Shown here: positions 37,501 through 50,394 of the stretch, piece by piece
How the letters are laid out: each line of letters opens with the position of its first letter
How positions within the stretch are numbered: the stretch's first letter is position 1
Assembly (NCBI RefSeq): GCF_963921235.1
Contig: NC_086097.1
Coordinates: forward strand, 187,118,001-187,182,000
DNA from: Mobula hypostoma
Lineage: Eukaryota
Reading direction: 5' to 3'
Length of the DNA: 64,000 nucleotides
Made by a program: the position numbers and the translations under genes
The notes under the pieces: generated by a model
Database searches by the model: none
Told to the model about the DNA's origin: nothing
What the model saw: the letters and a program-made list of their open reading frames with translations, nothing else

Positions 37501-37799
37501 AATGGAAAAACTAAATTCAGTAAAATTACCATCTTACTCACCAAAGTCCAAACTCAGATGCTGCAGTGAGAAGCCATTACTAGTTCTTTTTCAGAATTGT
37601 TAAATGATGTTATCATAGAAGCTGAGAAGTGATTAGGTGAATGAGAGGACGGCATGCAGGACAGATTAATCTCCAAGAAGAGGGGGAGAAAGTAACAGTG
37701 TAAGCAGGTTATATCCATCAAGAGTGGTCAGAGAACACTGATATAAACTAGTAAGGATCCTGAGGTACATTAAATATAAATTAAATAAATCAGGTAGTC

Positions 37800-38082
37800 A
37801 AAGTTTTTTCCCCAGGGTAAAGCTGTCGAATACCAGAGTGCATAGGTTTAGGGTGAGAGGGGAATGTTTGAAGGACACTTATGAGAAAGGACTTTACACA
37901 GAGAGTGGAGAGTGCCTAGAATGTGCTGCTCGGGGAGCTAGTAGCAGCAGATATGATAGTAACAGTTAAAAGGTGTTTAGACAGATATGTGAATAGAGAG
38001 TTATGGATGATGCACAGACAGATGGGATTAGTTTAGACTGACATCCTGGTAGCCAAAGGAACTGTTCTTGTGCTATGTTCTA
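37800..38082 (+). mobile_element. CR1 3' end
   Basis: CR1-type terminal sequence, tail-to-tail with the next element. Confidence 0.65.
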
Positions 38083-38089
38083 TAAACAG

Positions 38090-40160
38090 TTACACCATAT
38101 GACTTGGGCCATTCAGCCCATTGAGTCTGCTCCACCTTTCAATCGTGGCTGATTTATTATCCCTCTCAAGCCCATTCTCCTGCCTTCTCCCTTTACCTTT
38201 TAACACCCTGACTAATCAAGAACCTATCAACCCCAGCTTTAAATATACTCAATTACTTGGCCTCCACGGCTGCCTGTGGCAATGAGTTCCACAGATTCAC
38301 TATCCTCGGGCTAAAGAAACTCCACCTCACCTCTATTCTAAATGGATATTCCTCTATTTTGAGGGTGTGCCCTCTGGTCATCCACTAAAGGAAACATCCT
38401 CCCTATTTTCATTCTATCCAGACCTTGCAATATTCAATGGTTTTCAATGAGATTCTCCCAGTGAGTAAAGGCCCATAGCCATCAAACACACCTCATACAT
38501 TAACCCTTTCATTCCTGGTATCATTCTTGTGAACCTCCTCTGGACTTGTTCCAATGCCAGCATATGTTTTAGATAAGAGGTCCAAAACTGCTCACATTAT
38601 TCCAAGTGTAGGCTAACCAATGCCTTAGAATACTTCAGCATTTCATCCTTATTCTTACATTCTCATCCTCTCAAAATATATGCTAACATTTCATTTGCCT
38701 TCCTTACTACTGACTCAATCTGCAAGTTAACCTTAAGGGAATACTACACAAGGACACCCAAATCCTTTACACTTCTGAGTTATGAATTTTCTCTGCACTT
38801 AGAAAATAGTTAACACATTTATTCCTTCTACCAAAGTCCATGATCATACACTATATTCTATCTGCCACTTCTTTGCCCATTCTCCCAATCTGTCTTAAGT
38901 CCTTTTGTAGACTTTATTCTTCCTTAACACTATCTTCGCATTGTCTGCAAATATGGCTGCAGAGCCATCAATTCTGTCATCCAAATCATTCACATATAAC
39001 GTGAAAAAAAAGGCTCCAGCATCGGTTCCAACAGAAGACCCATTAGTCATTGGCAACCAGAAAATCCCCCCTTTAACCCCACTCTATGCCTTTTGCCAGT
39101 CTGCCAATCTTCTATCCATGCTAGTATCTTTCCTATAATACCTTTGGCTCTCATCTTGTTAAGCAACCTCATGCACAATACCTTGTCAAAGGTCTTCTGT
39201 CTGGCCTATAGGTTCCTCTGTTCTACCTCCCTTCCTTCTTACGGAGTGGAGTTTCAATTTTCCACTCCTCCAGAACCATTCCAGAATTTAATGATACTTG
39301 AAACATCATTATTAATGCCTCCACAGTCTCTTCAGCTTTAAGAACCCTGAGGTGTGGTCCATCTGGTTCAGGTGATTTATCTACCTTCAGACTTTCCATC
39401 TTCCAAAGCACCTTCTCTTTTGTTATAGCAAACGCATTCACTTCTGTCCTCAACAGTCGAACTTCGTGCATACTGCCAGTGTCTTCCATAGTCAAGATTG
39501 ACACAAAATACATATTAAGTTCCTTCACAATTTCTTTGGTCCTCCATTACTATCGCTCTAGTGTCATTTTCCAGTGGTCTGATATCCATTCTCACCTTTC
39601 TTTTACTGTTTACATACTTGAAAAAACTTTTTGTATCCCGTTTTATATTAATGGCTAGCTTCTCTTCATATTTCATATTTTCTCTCCTTATGACTTTTTC
39701 ATTGCCTTCTGTTGGTTTTTATAAGCTTTTCGATCCTCTAACATCCAATGAATTTTTGTTATATTGTATACCCTCTCCTTTTATGTTGTCATTGACTTCC
39801 CTTTATAGCCACGGTTGCCTTATCCTCCCTTTAGAATACTTCTTCATCTTTGGGATGTACCTATCCTGCACCTTCTGAATTGCCCCAGAAACACTTGTCT
39901 TGCCATTATCCCTACCAGTGTCCTGTTCCAATCAACTCTCGCCAGCTCATCTCTCATGCCTCTGTAGTTCTCCTTGCTCCACTGTAATACTGAAACATCT
40001 GAATTCATCTTCTCCCTCTCAAAGTGCAGGATGAATTCTATCATATTATGATCACTGCTTCATAAGGTTCCTTTACCTTAAGCTCCCTAATTAAATTCGG
40101 TTCATTTCACAACATCCAATCCAGAAATACCATTCAGTGGGCCCAACCACAAGCTGTTCA
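38090..40160 (-). mobile_element. CR1 LINE ORF2 fragment with internal deletions
   Basis: LKVDKSPEPDGPHLRVLK, SDVSVLQWSKENYRGMRDELARVDW; homologous to 28146-31385. Confidence 0.9.
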
Positions 40161-41360
40161 TAGGCATTAAGAGCTAGAGGTAGCAAGGAGATTTTTGCTA
40201 AAATCAGTTCTTTATACTAGCCATATCAGAACCATCAGAATAGAAGGAAGATTAGATTTCAAATCTAATTTCAAATAAACCTCTGTGATTGAGCTTTCCC
40301 CATCCTAGAGATGAAGAGGTGTGTGATATGTCATAGTTTGCCATTCGCTGATCTATCAGAGAAATTATTGTTTGAAAAAAATGAGCGAGTTACATTTCAT
40401 TCTCTCTTGCCAGTGAACAGCAGGTGGAATGAGCACAGTTTCACACGTTTTCAGGCTTTCACACTGCAGGAAGTTATTGACAGCAGCGTATCACTTTTCA
40501 AGCACTCCATGTCGGTGCGGAGTCCCTTGTAAAAAGCTTATTACTTATCCAAACACCCTTGGAATTGGGCATCTTTCCAATGGTTCAATCATCTCATTGA
40601 GCAAGCTCTTCAACCAACTTATATCAATTGCTTGTCTTGTAATAAAACTTGTTTTGGTGTATCTGCTTTCTGTGTTAGTCTTTTGCTCTAACCATTAGTT
40701 TCTGTGGTCTCACCAAGTGTAGATTCTGCTTTTGACATACTAGAAAATTAGATATCGTTATTTGAGCTCATAGCTGCAAGTCTAACTTTAAACGATGATA
40801 GTTCTCAACTTCATTGTTTTTGTTTTTCCATCAGTGACTGACAGATTCTATTTCTTGCCTATCTGAAAAGAAAAAAAAAAATCACAAGCATAGGGTTAAT
40901 GAGTGGGAAAAGAGGATGGGCAAGAAAGAAGGGGAAGTCAACATTACATCATCTGTAACTGTAAATTAGCAGAAACTTTGAAAAAAATGTGATTTGAGAA
41001 AATATGTTAGTCATGAAGATAACTTTGTCCCTCATATTTTCATCTTCCACAACATTTCCTGATTTAAGGGGAGCCATTTCAATTTGGGCAAGCATCATCT
41101 CCTTATGAAAGCAATTACATCTGTCCCTTTCTGGTTAGCTGCTGCCACTTTCAATTTTGCAGGACAAAATACATCGAGGAAAAGTGTCAGTCCAAATGTT
41201 TTGGTTCATGTGATTGTCATGGTTGAAGAGCTAGCAGAGTGTGCAAACTGTGAAATGTGGCTGTGAAGCCTGTAATTGTTCTAACTGTGCATGAAAGAAC
41301 CAATTACATCATATGCTTCAACTTCAGCTGCTCAAAGGATAATTGTGTCTGTGTATGTCT

Positions 41361-41382
41361 GTGTGTGTGTGTGTGTGTGTGT
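41361..41382. repeat. (GT)11 microsatellite
   Basis: Direct reading. Confidence 0.9.
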
Positions 41383-44214
41383 TTCAGAATATAGGTGCCA
41401 AATAACTTCAGGGATACCTAGTAAGTTGACAATAAAAGAAGAAAGCAAGTAAATCTTTATGGTCCCTTTATGCTTTAAGATAGACTGCTCATCATTCAGG
41501 AGTGTAATCCTGTAGTCCATTGAACTGTGCATTGAACTGTGGATTGAATTTAAGCCACATGCTTAATCACAGTAATGTCGTTGTTCCATGCTTGCAATTT
41601 AAGCTGAGGTTGGACTATGACAATAAGCAGGTGTTTCTCTGAACTCTGAACTGTGTGGGTCATGTGGTATCACAATATAAGAAACACCGAGTGCACCAGA
41701 AATCCATTAGCCAATACAATTAAATGATCATCAAAGTATTTGCTGTACATTACTTTTGGTTTTTGTCCTCATTTACTTTATGCCAGAAGTAATATTTTTC
41801 AGATACTTCAGCAGGATGGAACGTTTTATATTGCATATTGTCTGTTATTGTTGCAGCAGCAACAAAATATAGTACTTGATATCATTCACAAAATTATGAA
41901 TACTCATACACGACCTTCCAGTACGTGAAAAGCTAAGCAATTTTAACTTTTACAGGAAAAGCTTAAAAGGAAGCCAAACAATTTCGTGTTTTCTATAGCT
42001 TAAATCTTCTTCAACAACATTGCTTTCAACTGTAATTATTTGACATGGTCAATTTTCTTTGCTAATGTTCAGCAAAATATTGCTGAAAACAATACCAATA
42101 GAGTCAGTGTGCAGTGTGGAGGAACAGGAAGAAGTGCTGTTCCAAATAAACATTTCGAATACTGATTTTGCTTCATTTTGGTCTGAATTAGATCTAGATT
42201 TTGTTACGCTACTGACATATTCACAGTACAAAGGACGTATTAGCTAAGCAATTCTTCAACACTGGCAAGGTCAGAATCCTGTAGGCTGACATTTTATTGC
42301 TCTTGAATTGCCAGCATGTTCCATTTGTTTGGCTCAGAGGCACATAAATGGAGCTCTGGAATTATAAGCGACATCTTTGACAAACACCTCCCATGAACAC
42401 AGTTTCTTTCCAAAACATGAATACTTCAGCAATTTTTTTTTTCTTAATTTGAAGCCTCTATATCATTTAGATCCATGGTAAAGACAAATTGCAAATTCAA
42501 AACATCTAAATAAAGTTGGCTGGAATCTAGTCACTGGGTGATCAAAATTAGAGAATAAGGGAATAAACAACATTTTTTCCATCACCAATTATACTGGGAA
42601 GGATTGTCTGAGGTATAAGAAATTGCAGATGATTGCGATATGGAGCTAAAAACAAGTTGCTGAAGTAACTCAGCTGGTCAGGCAGCATCTGTCGAAGCAA
42701 AACGCTGAATCAGTCATTCCAGTGGTTATTTTTTCACTCTTTGGCAAGATGAACTTGAGAGATATGATGGATTGGACTAGAGTCATTAGATTGAAGTTGA
42801 GAGCATTATAGTAAAGAGAATAGTTTGAAGTAACCGAAAAGGATAGATCAAAAACCAGGTACAAAAAGGTAACAGCGAAGCAGCAACAGTTTGGGGAAAA
42901 TGCAGAATCTACAAGAGAAAAAGCAAAAGACAAAATCATGGTTTGCTGAACAGAAAATTACTCTCGTAGATGAATGCCTTAAACAAAATTTAGGTCCCAT
43001 CTGTGCTCATCCGAGTCAAAAATTACTGCCAGTGTACGTTCATTTATGGGGTTGATTTTTTGAGCAAATGTTAACTGGAACCAGTTTAGGTCACATAGCT
43101 ACACACTGCCATTTAACTACAATTCATTCTTTTGATGGATCAGTTCCATTTACCTAAATTACATACGCTCTTTGGCATGGTAGGAGCACATTTGGCACAA
43201 GCTGATCCTTCAATAATAACAATTCTGTATGCTCTAAGTGACCTACATTTCACTTTAATATTGGCCAATCATCTGAATGGCTTTTAAATCTAAAATGTTA
43301 AGACATTAGATGGACACCTTGAAATCGTCATTATCCTTGCACAAGGTTTGTTTTCAACCCCTCCATGCTAATTTTCTCCTTCCCCACACTTTAAAACATT
43401 GATTCATGCAGATGTTTGGTTCTACTTTGAAGGTAGCTCCCTGATATCTCGCTGAGTTCTTCTTTCAGTTGAGCACAAATTGACAACCTATTTAGCAATA
43501 TTGAACCGCTAGTAAAATCACAATGAAGCCTGATTATGTTGTTACCAGAAGGGTCAAGGCTGAAACTTTCTTCACTGGTAGCGATCACTAGAAATGAATG
43601 AATAAGAGTAGAAGGATTGAGCAGAACATATAGGAGAGGGTATCAGAATGATGAGCAGAGGGTGAAGAGTAGAACAGCAAAAGGGAGGAGAAAACTTGGA
43701 GAACAGCAGGTGGAGTCAGGGTGGAATAAGTAATAGAAATGGAATATCAGAAAGAACTTCTTCCCCTCTACCTCCTACTCCAGTCATTTCTCTTCATTTT
43801 CCTTATTTTTAATATTATCAATCACCACTTTCTTGTCCTGTTTTTCTCCTTTCTCTTCCTCTGTTTCTCCTCTTCTCTTCACATCTCCCACCAAATTCCC
43901 TTTGATTCATCTGTTTAATAATTCTTCATTGATTTTCCTCAACTAATATTCCTCATGCCCCTGTCCTTCTCCATTTTCTCTACTTGCACTCTCTTTCATG
44001 CCAGTCTTCTAATAGCACGTATAAATAAATTGATCCTGCCAATCATCTAAAAGACTGATGGGTAATGAGTAAAAGAATAGTTTTCAGTTGTTGGTGTTAT
44101 TTTGCTGGGACTCCATTAATCTGTTGTCAAAGTTATGGGTGGAGATTAGGAGAAAGCTTACAGAAATGGGACAGCATGATGTTGCAATTGATAGACCTAC
44201 CACCTTACTGCAGC

Positions 44215-45105
44215 AGTGGTCTCCAATCAGCACTGTCAGTGTGGAATTCGCATGTTCTCGCTGTGACCAAATGGATTTCTTCTGGATGCAACATACACAA
44301 GATGCTGGAGGAACTCAGCAGATCAGGCAGCTTCTGTGGAAATGAGTAAATAGTGACATTTTGGGCTGAGAGTCTTCACCAGGACTGGAAAGGGAGGGGG
44401 AAGATGCCAGAATAAGGAGGTGGGAGAGGGGAAGGAGGACAATGATTTCTTCAACTGGTCATCTCTTTTTCTCTCCCCGCCCCCCCCACCCCATCCTCTT
44501 CTATTCTCCATTCTGGCCTCTTACCTCTTCTCCTCACCTGCTTATCACCTCCCCTGGTGCCCTCCTTCCCTTTCTCCCGGAGTCTGCTCACCTCTCCTAC
44601 TAGATTCCTTCTTCTCCAGTCCTTTGCTTTTCCACCTATCACCTCCCAGTTTCTTACTTTATCATTGCTTCCCCCGCCCACCTGGCTTCACCTATCACTT
44701 TCTAGCTTGCCCTCCTTATCCTTCCTCCACCTTCTTATTTTTGCTCCTTCCCCTTTATATTCCAGTCCTGAAGAAGAGTCTTTGCTTGAAATGTCAACTA
44801 TTTATTCATTTCCAATAATGCTGTCTGACCTGCTGAGTTCCTCCAAAATTCATGTGTGTTAATTTGGGTTTCCAGCAACTGCAGAATCTCGTGTTCCTCT
44901 GGCTTCCTCACACATTTCAAGGATGAGCAGATTTACAAGTTAATTGGCCACTAGAAATTGTCCCAAATATGTAGGTAAGCTGTAGGTGAATTTGATGGGA
45001 ATGTAGAGAGAATAAAATGGATGTGTTGAAGTAGTAAAAATTGGTACTTGATGATAGGTGCAGATTTGATGGACCAAAAGGTCTATTTCATGTTGTATAT
45101 CTTTA
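44215..45105 (+). mobile_element. V-SINE split by an inverted PLE-tail pair (~44286-44893)
   Basis: The V-domain breaks after ...GGATTTCTTCTGGATGC and resumes at TCTGGCTTCCTCACACATTTCAAGG; the insert carries PLE tails in both orientations. Confidence 0.75.
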
Positions 45106-45964
45106 TGAGAAATTTGGAGTAATTGGCATAGAAAATGGAATTGATATACCTGTAGTATGGGTCTTTCGCTTTGACCATACCTTCAACAAGTAGAAAGCTG
45201 ATCTCTTATTCTCGATTATTCTACACTGTATCTCTGATTTCTTATTTGGTATTTCAAATTTAAGCTTTATTTTAGGGAAGTGAAATATAAACAGTCCGTT
45301 CAGTTATTTGCTATTAAGTACAGGGACAAATGCAGCTCGTCATTGGATCTGTCCTTGGATGACTGAATTAACTAAGTGTCAGGAAAATGTTCTGGCATAA
45401 ATACAAGTGAAGCTCTTTTATATGCAGCTCATTTACAAATTAACTTAATGTTTTGGAATTAAAGAAAAATGTAGTTACATGAGTACTACATTGAGTTTTG
45501 CTTCTTTAAAGGACATTTTCCAGCTGCCAGAGAGTTATTGTTACATTTATCCATGATAACATTATTAGTCAATTGAAGCATGAGCTTCTGGCCATTCTGG
45601 GCCTGCTGATGAAGATAATTCGTTTTCAGACCATGCATCTATTGTAACATTGTAATAGATTTAATTGTATTTAATTTTTATTAAAAATTAATTCACAGCA
45701 ATTCTATTTATACTAGTATTGAATTGATAGCTTGGTTTGCTGTATTATTACATTTGATAACACAAAAATGCAGTATCTCTTGCATTTACCTTCAAAAACA
45801 GTAGATCTTATTGTATGCTGTGATAACAAGGATATCAGTTTTCTGTTGGACATATTGCTTCTGCGTCATCTAGGCTGATATCTATAAAGTAATAAACATA
45901 ATTGATTAGTGGAGTGATCTTAGCCAATCATATCAGTTTGGACAGTTATAATCTTTTTTTTCAT

Positions 45965-46310
45965 AAACACAAGAGATTCTGCAGATGCTGGAAGTCCAAT
46001 GCAACAAATACAAAATGCTGGAAGAACTCAGCAGGTCAGGCAGCAGCCATGGAAATGAACAAACTGTCAACATTTTGGGCTGAGACCCTTCTTTAAGACT
46101 GGAAAGGCAGAAGGAGGATGCCAGAATAAAAAGGTTGGGGAAGGGGATGAAGGATAGTTAAAGGTGATAGTTGAAGGTGGTAGGTGGGTAGGAAAGGTAA
46201 AGGGCTAGAGATGAAGGAATCTGAGAGAAGAGAATGGACTGTTGAAGAAAGGAAGGAGGAGGGACACCGGCAGAATTGATAGGCAGGTAAGAGGGTGGGG
46301 GACATTTTTT
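45965..46310 (-). mobile_element. PLE 3' repeat
   Basis: Reverse complement of the PLE tail followed by a purine-rich tract. Confidence 0.8.
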
Positions 46311-47159
46311 ACTGGAAGGAGAAATCCAAATATCCAATAAATCCAATTAAAAATTTTTTTTTTATCTGTTTGCCTCCTCTGGCAGCATAGATATCTGTCC
46401 AAAGCTGGCCAGGCTTACCTTAAGATATGTATGTTATGCTCCAATGATGGAAAAAGCTTCTCACCAGAAGAGAACTGAGGACCAGAGGAAACTGGATAGT
46501 AAGCTGCTAAATATTTTATTTTTCTTAGGAGATATATATTTCTTATGTGTTTACAAAATGTGGGCCTGAATTTATTATATGTTTCTTATTGACATTGAAA
46601 ACTTAATTGTGGGTCATCTTCTAAACCCTCTGGGGCAGATCTTCCCTTTATTTTTGGTGTAGTGGCAGTTTTCAAGGATTTAAATCCTGCAACAATGAAC
46701 GGACAATGATAGAGTATGTTATGTAAGGGAAACTGAGCTTTTGGTTCTGATGCAGAGTTTTGAACTAAAATGTTAACAGTTCTTTTACCCTATAGATGCT
46801 GTTTGACTCACCAAGATATTCCAGTAGGTTATTTATTATTCACATGAGCCTACTGTCCTTGTCCTGCAGATGATTGAGGTTTTGATTTGGGAAGAGTTCT
46901 GAAAGAAGTCTTAAGTTGTTGGGAAGAATTTTGTGGGTGATGCTCAATGCATCTACGGTAAGGCTTTGGTGAATGCAATGAGTGCAGACTCAGTTAATTG
47001 CTATCTTCACGCAAATGACTGTGCTTCTCACCTCCCCTCTGGAATTAAGCACTTTCACTATATTCAAACCAAGGCTAGAATGAGGTTAACAACTGAGTAA
47101 TCATGGTGAACCCTAAACAACTTCTTGGTGAGTAGATTATTGACCTATGTAGTTTATAG

Positions 47160-47432
47160 TTTTGGATCACCTCCCAACTTCTCACTTCATTCATTCTTCT
47201 GGCACCACTTACATTCCTCCTCACCGCTTCACCTATCATCTTCCGGCTTATACTTCTTCCTCTTCCTCCACTTTATTCCGACACATTCCCCATTCAGTCC
47301 TCATGAACGTTCTCTACCTGAAACGTTGACTCTTTATTCCCCTCCATAGATGCTGTTGACCTGCTGAGTTCCTTCAGCTTTTTGTGTGTGTGTTACTCTG
47401 GATTTCCAGCATCTGCAGCATCTCTTGTGTTA
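47160..47432 (+). mobile_element. PLE 3' repeat (hammerhead core mutated to CTCATGA)
   Basis: Same tail family. Confidence 0.8.
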
Positions 47433-47664
47433 ATGAAGTTTAATCATCAGCAAAATGAAGAAAAATGTACACTGATTCGGAGGTAATTGACTGGATTGGA
47501 TTTAACATACTTTTTGTGGAAGGACATTTCTGCGCGAGTATCTACCCCAGCAATTCTTTTTGATGGGCATTGAAATCCTGCATCTAGTGTACTTCCTTAC
47601 TGTTGATGCCCTTTATGCTCCTTTCAACTACATTTCTGCTCCACCACCACCCTTCTGTATCTGG

Positions 47665-49180
47665 CAGAACAGGTCCTCACCTTCAACAATTTTCCTTTGC
47701 TCCTCCCACTTTCTCCTGATTTGAGGAGTAGCCACGGGAACTCACATGTGCACTAGCTATGGCTACCTCTCTTCATTGGCTATGTAGAACAGTCCATGTT
47801 CCAATCCTTCCCAGGTAATGCTCCCCAACTCTTCATTTGCTACATTAACAACTGCATAGGTGCTGCTTCATGCTCCCACGCTGAGCTCATAAAATTCATC
47901 AACTTTGCCTCTAACTTCCACCCTGCCCTTAAATTCACTTGGTTCATTTCTGACACCTCTCTCCCCTTTTTTGATCTCACTGTCTCCATCTGTAGAGACA
48001 CACTATTAATGGCATCTTATGTAAATCTACCAATTCCCACAGTAATCTTGATTATAGCTTCTCCCACCCTATCTCTTGTAAAAATGCTATTTTCTTTTTG
48101 CTGTTCCTTTGCCTCCACTACATCTGTTACCAGGATGTGGTTTTGCTTTCCAAGACATCAGAGATGTCCTCCTCCTGCAAAGAACGGGGTTTCCCTTCCT
48201 CCACCATTGATGCTTCCCTCACCCGCATTTCCTGAGCACCCGCACTCACCCCATCTTCCCACTGCCTTAACAGTGATAGAGCTCCTCTTGTCCCTACCAA
48301 CCCATGAGCCTCCAACACATCATCTTCCACAAATTCCAAAATCTCCAAAGGGATCCTACTACTAAAGATAACTTTACCTCACTCCCTCTCTCCGCTTTCC
48401 GCAGGAATCTGTGATTTCATTGTCCATTCGTCTTTACCCACAAATCTCCTCCAAGGATAAGTGGACTAAGTGCTACACCTGCCCATTCACTACCTCCATT
48501 CAAAGCACCAAATGGTCCTTCCAGGTGAGGCAACACTTCACCTGTGAATCTGTTGGGGTCGTTTGTTGTGTCTAGTGCCTCCAATGTGGCTTCTTCTAAA
48601 TCGGTGAGACCTGTTGTAAATTGAGGGACCGCTTTGTCGAGAATCTCCTCCCCATTCACCAAAAATGGAACTTCCTTGTGGCCAAACGCTTTAATTCAGA
48701 TTCCCTTTCCTATTCCAACATTTCAGTCCATGGTTTTCTCTTGTGCAAGATGAGGCCACTTTCAGGGTGAAGGAGCAATGCCTTATATTCTGCATGGGTA
48801 GCCTCCAACCTGATGGCATGAATATTGATTTCTCTTTCGGGAAAACAAATTTCCTTCCCTCTCCTTTCTTCCAGTCCCCATTCTAGCCTTGTACCTCTTC
48901 TGACCTGTCCCGGGTCCCGTCCTCCTTCCTTTTCTTCTATGGTCCTCTCCTCTTCTATCCAATCTCTTCCTCTCTAGCCTTTCATCATTCCCACCCACTT
49001 GGCTTCACCTATTATCTTCTAGCTATCCTCCTTACCCTCCCTCCACCTTTTTATTCTGGCATCTTCCCTCTTCCTTTTCAGTCCCGAAGAAGTGTCTTGG
49101 CCTGAAACATCAACAGTTTTCTTCATTTTCATTAATGCTGCCTGGCCTGCTGGGTTCCTCCAGCGTTTTGTGTGTGTTGT
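47665..49180 (+). mobile_element. Penelope-like element (Neptune-like): RT C-terminus, GIY-YIG and tail; inactive
   Basis: GVATG (GVAMG motif), LFIGYVE, CYINN (decayed RYIDD), NFHPALKFT...LPFFD, FTCES.GVV..V.C..CG..IGET, GSLQPDGMNIDFS. Confidence 0.9.
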
Positions 49181-50394
49181 CGAAGAGGATTATGATTCCT
49201 TGTTTTTGGAAGGAAGCTAACTGATAATCAATAGGCTGTTTCCTGCTTCCTGAGTCCATGGTTGTGCCCCAAGGGGTTTTCAGTTTATAGAAAATTGGGA
49301 CACTGCCAGAGAGCATGATTTTTATGAAGCAGTTAAAGCCAAGTGGTTTATTTTTCCTCCCTAGCTGATGATTTTGCAGAATAAATTGTTTGCAGAAATT
49401 TTGCAGAAAATAAAGAGCATAGAAAATTTAAAAAAAAACAGGAACATGAGCAGGCTAATCATTTTCTCAAGCCTGTTCTGCCATTCAGTGAGCTCATGGC
49501 TGACCCAATCTAGACCTTAACACCACTTTCTCCCTCTATCTGCACTGAATATATTCAATGACTCTGCCTCTGCAGTTCCCTGGAGTAGAGAATTCCAAAA
49601 AGTTCATGACCCCATGCAAGATGAAATTCGTCCTCATCATCTTAATTGGGCAATTAACCCCTTATTCCAAAACTATGTAATATAGTTTGGGAGAGCCCCA
49701 TCTTAAAAATCTGAAAAAGAAACTCAGGAAATGCCAAAAAAACATGCAACAAGTCAGACAGTATTTTTGAAAAGAAAGATATTTTAGGTCAATGCTTTTA
49801 CAGCTTTCCAGCAGTTGTAGTTTTCTATTTCACTTAAAGATCGGCATTTGCCTCAGATGGTGGTATTCTTTGGTCTAGTCTGCGGTATGTTGAAGATAAC
49901 GTAAGGAGAGATTTGGGTGAAGAAAACTTTAATACAGGAGTACAGAAATGGAAAAGAAATTTCTGATAAATTGCTGCAGTACTCCAGTGTATGATATAAG
50001 TGAACACATTGGGAGGGCAATGAAGATAAAGGGAGAAGATACAACTAGTGCAGTCATTTGGCTTGATCACAGATTTTCCATCCCAGAGATATCCACATTA
50101 TAGAAACATCTCTTGTAATTAAAAATGTAAGCACATTATATATTCTACATTTGTTACTGATCCAGAGCTGGGTGGTCAGTTTGAAAATATGTACCTGCTA
50201 TGTGATTTAAATTAATTTGAGACAGTGGTATGGAAATGTTACTGCCAGTTATAGAAGAAAAGAATAAAAGAATTCCTGAGATCAATGATTTGCTATCTAA
50301 ACATGACAATGATATCTCACAATGAAATAAAATTGTAACACGAATTCACCTCATACTTGATTGAAACCATCATGTTATTACAGAGTTCAAGAAC

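Noticed and set aside
42049..42247. Overlapping 60-62-aa ORFs on both strands
   Set aside because: No convincing splice-site pair or recognisable domain.
44276..44902. TTCTTCTGG/TTCCTCTGG as a TSD of the PLE insert
   Set aside because: The similarity is explained by the internal repetition of the V-SINE domain itself.
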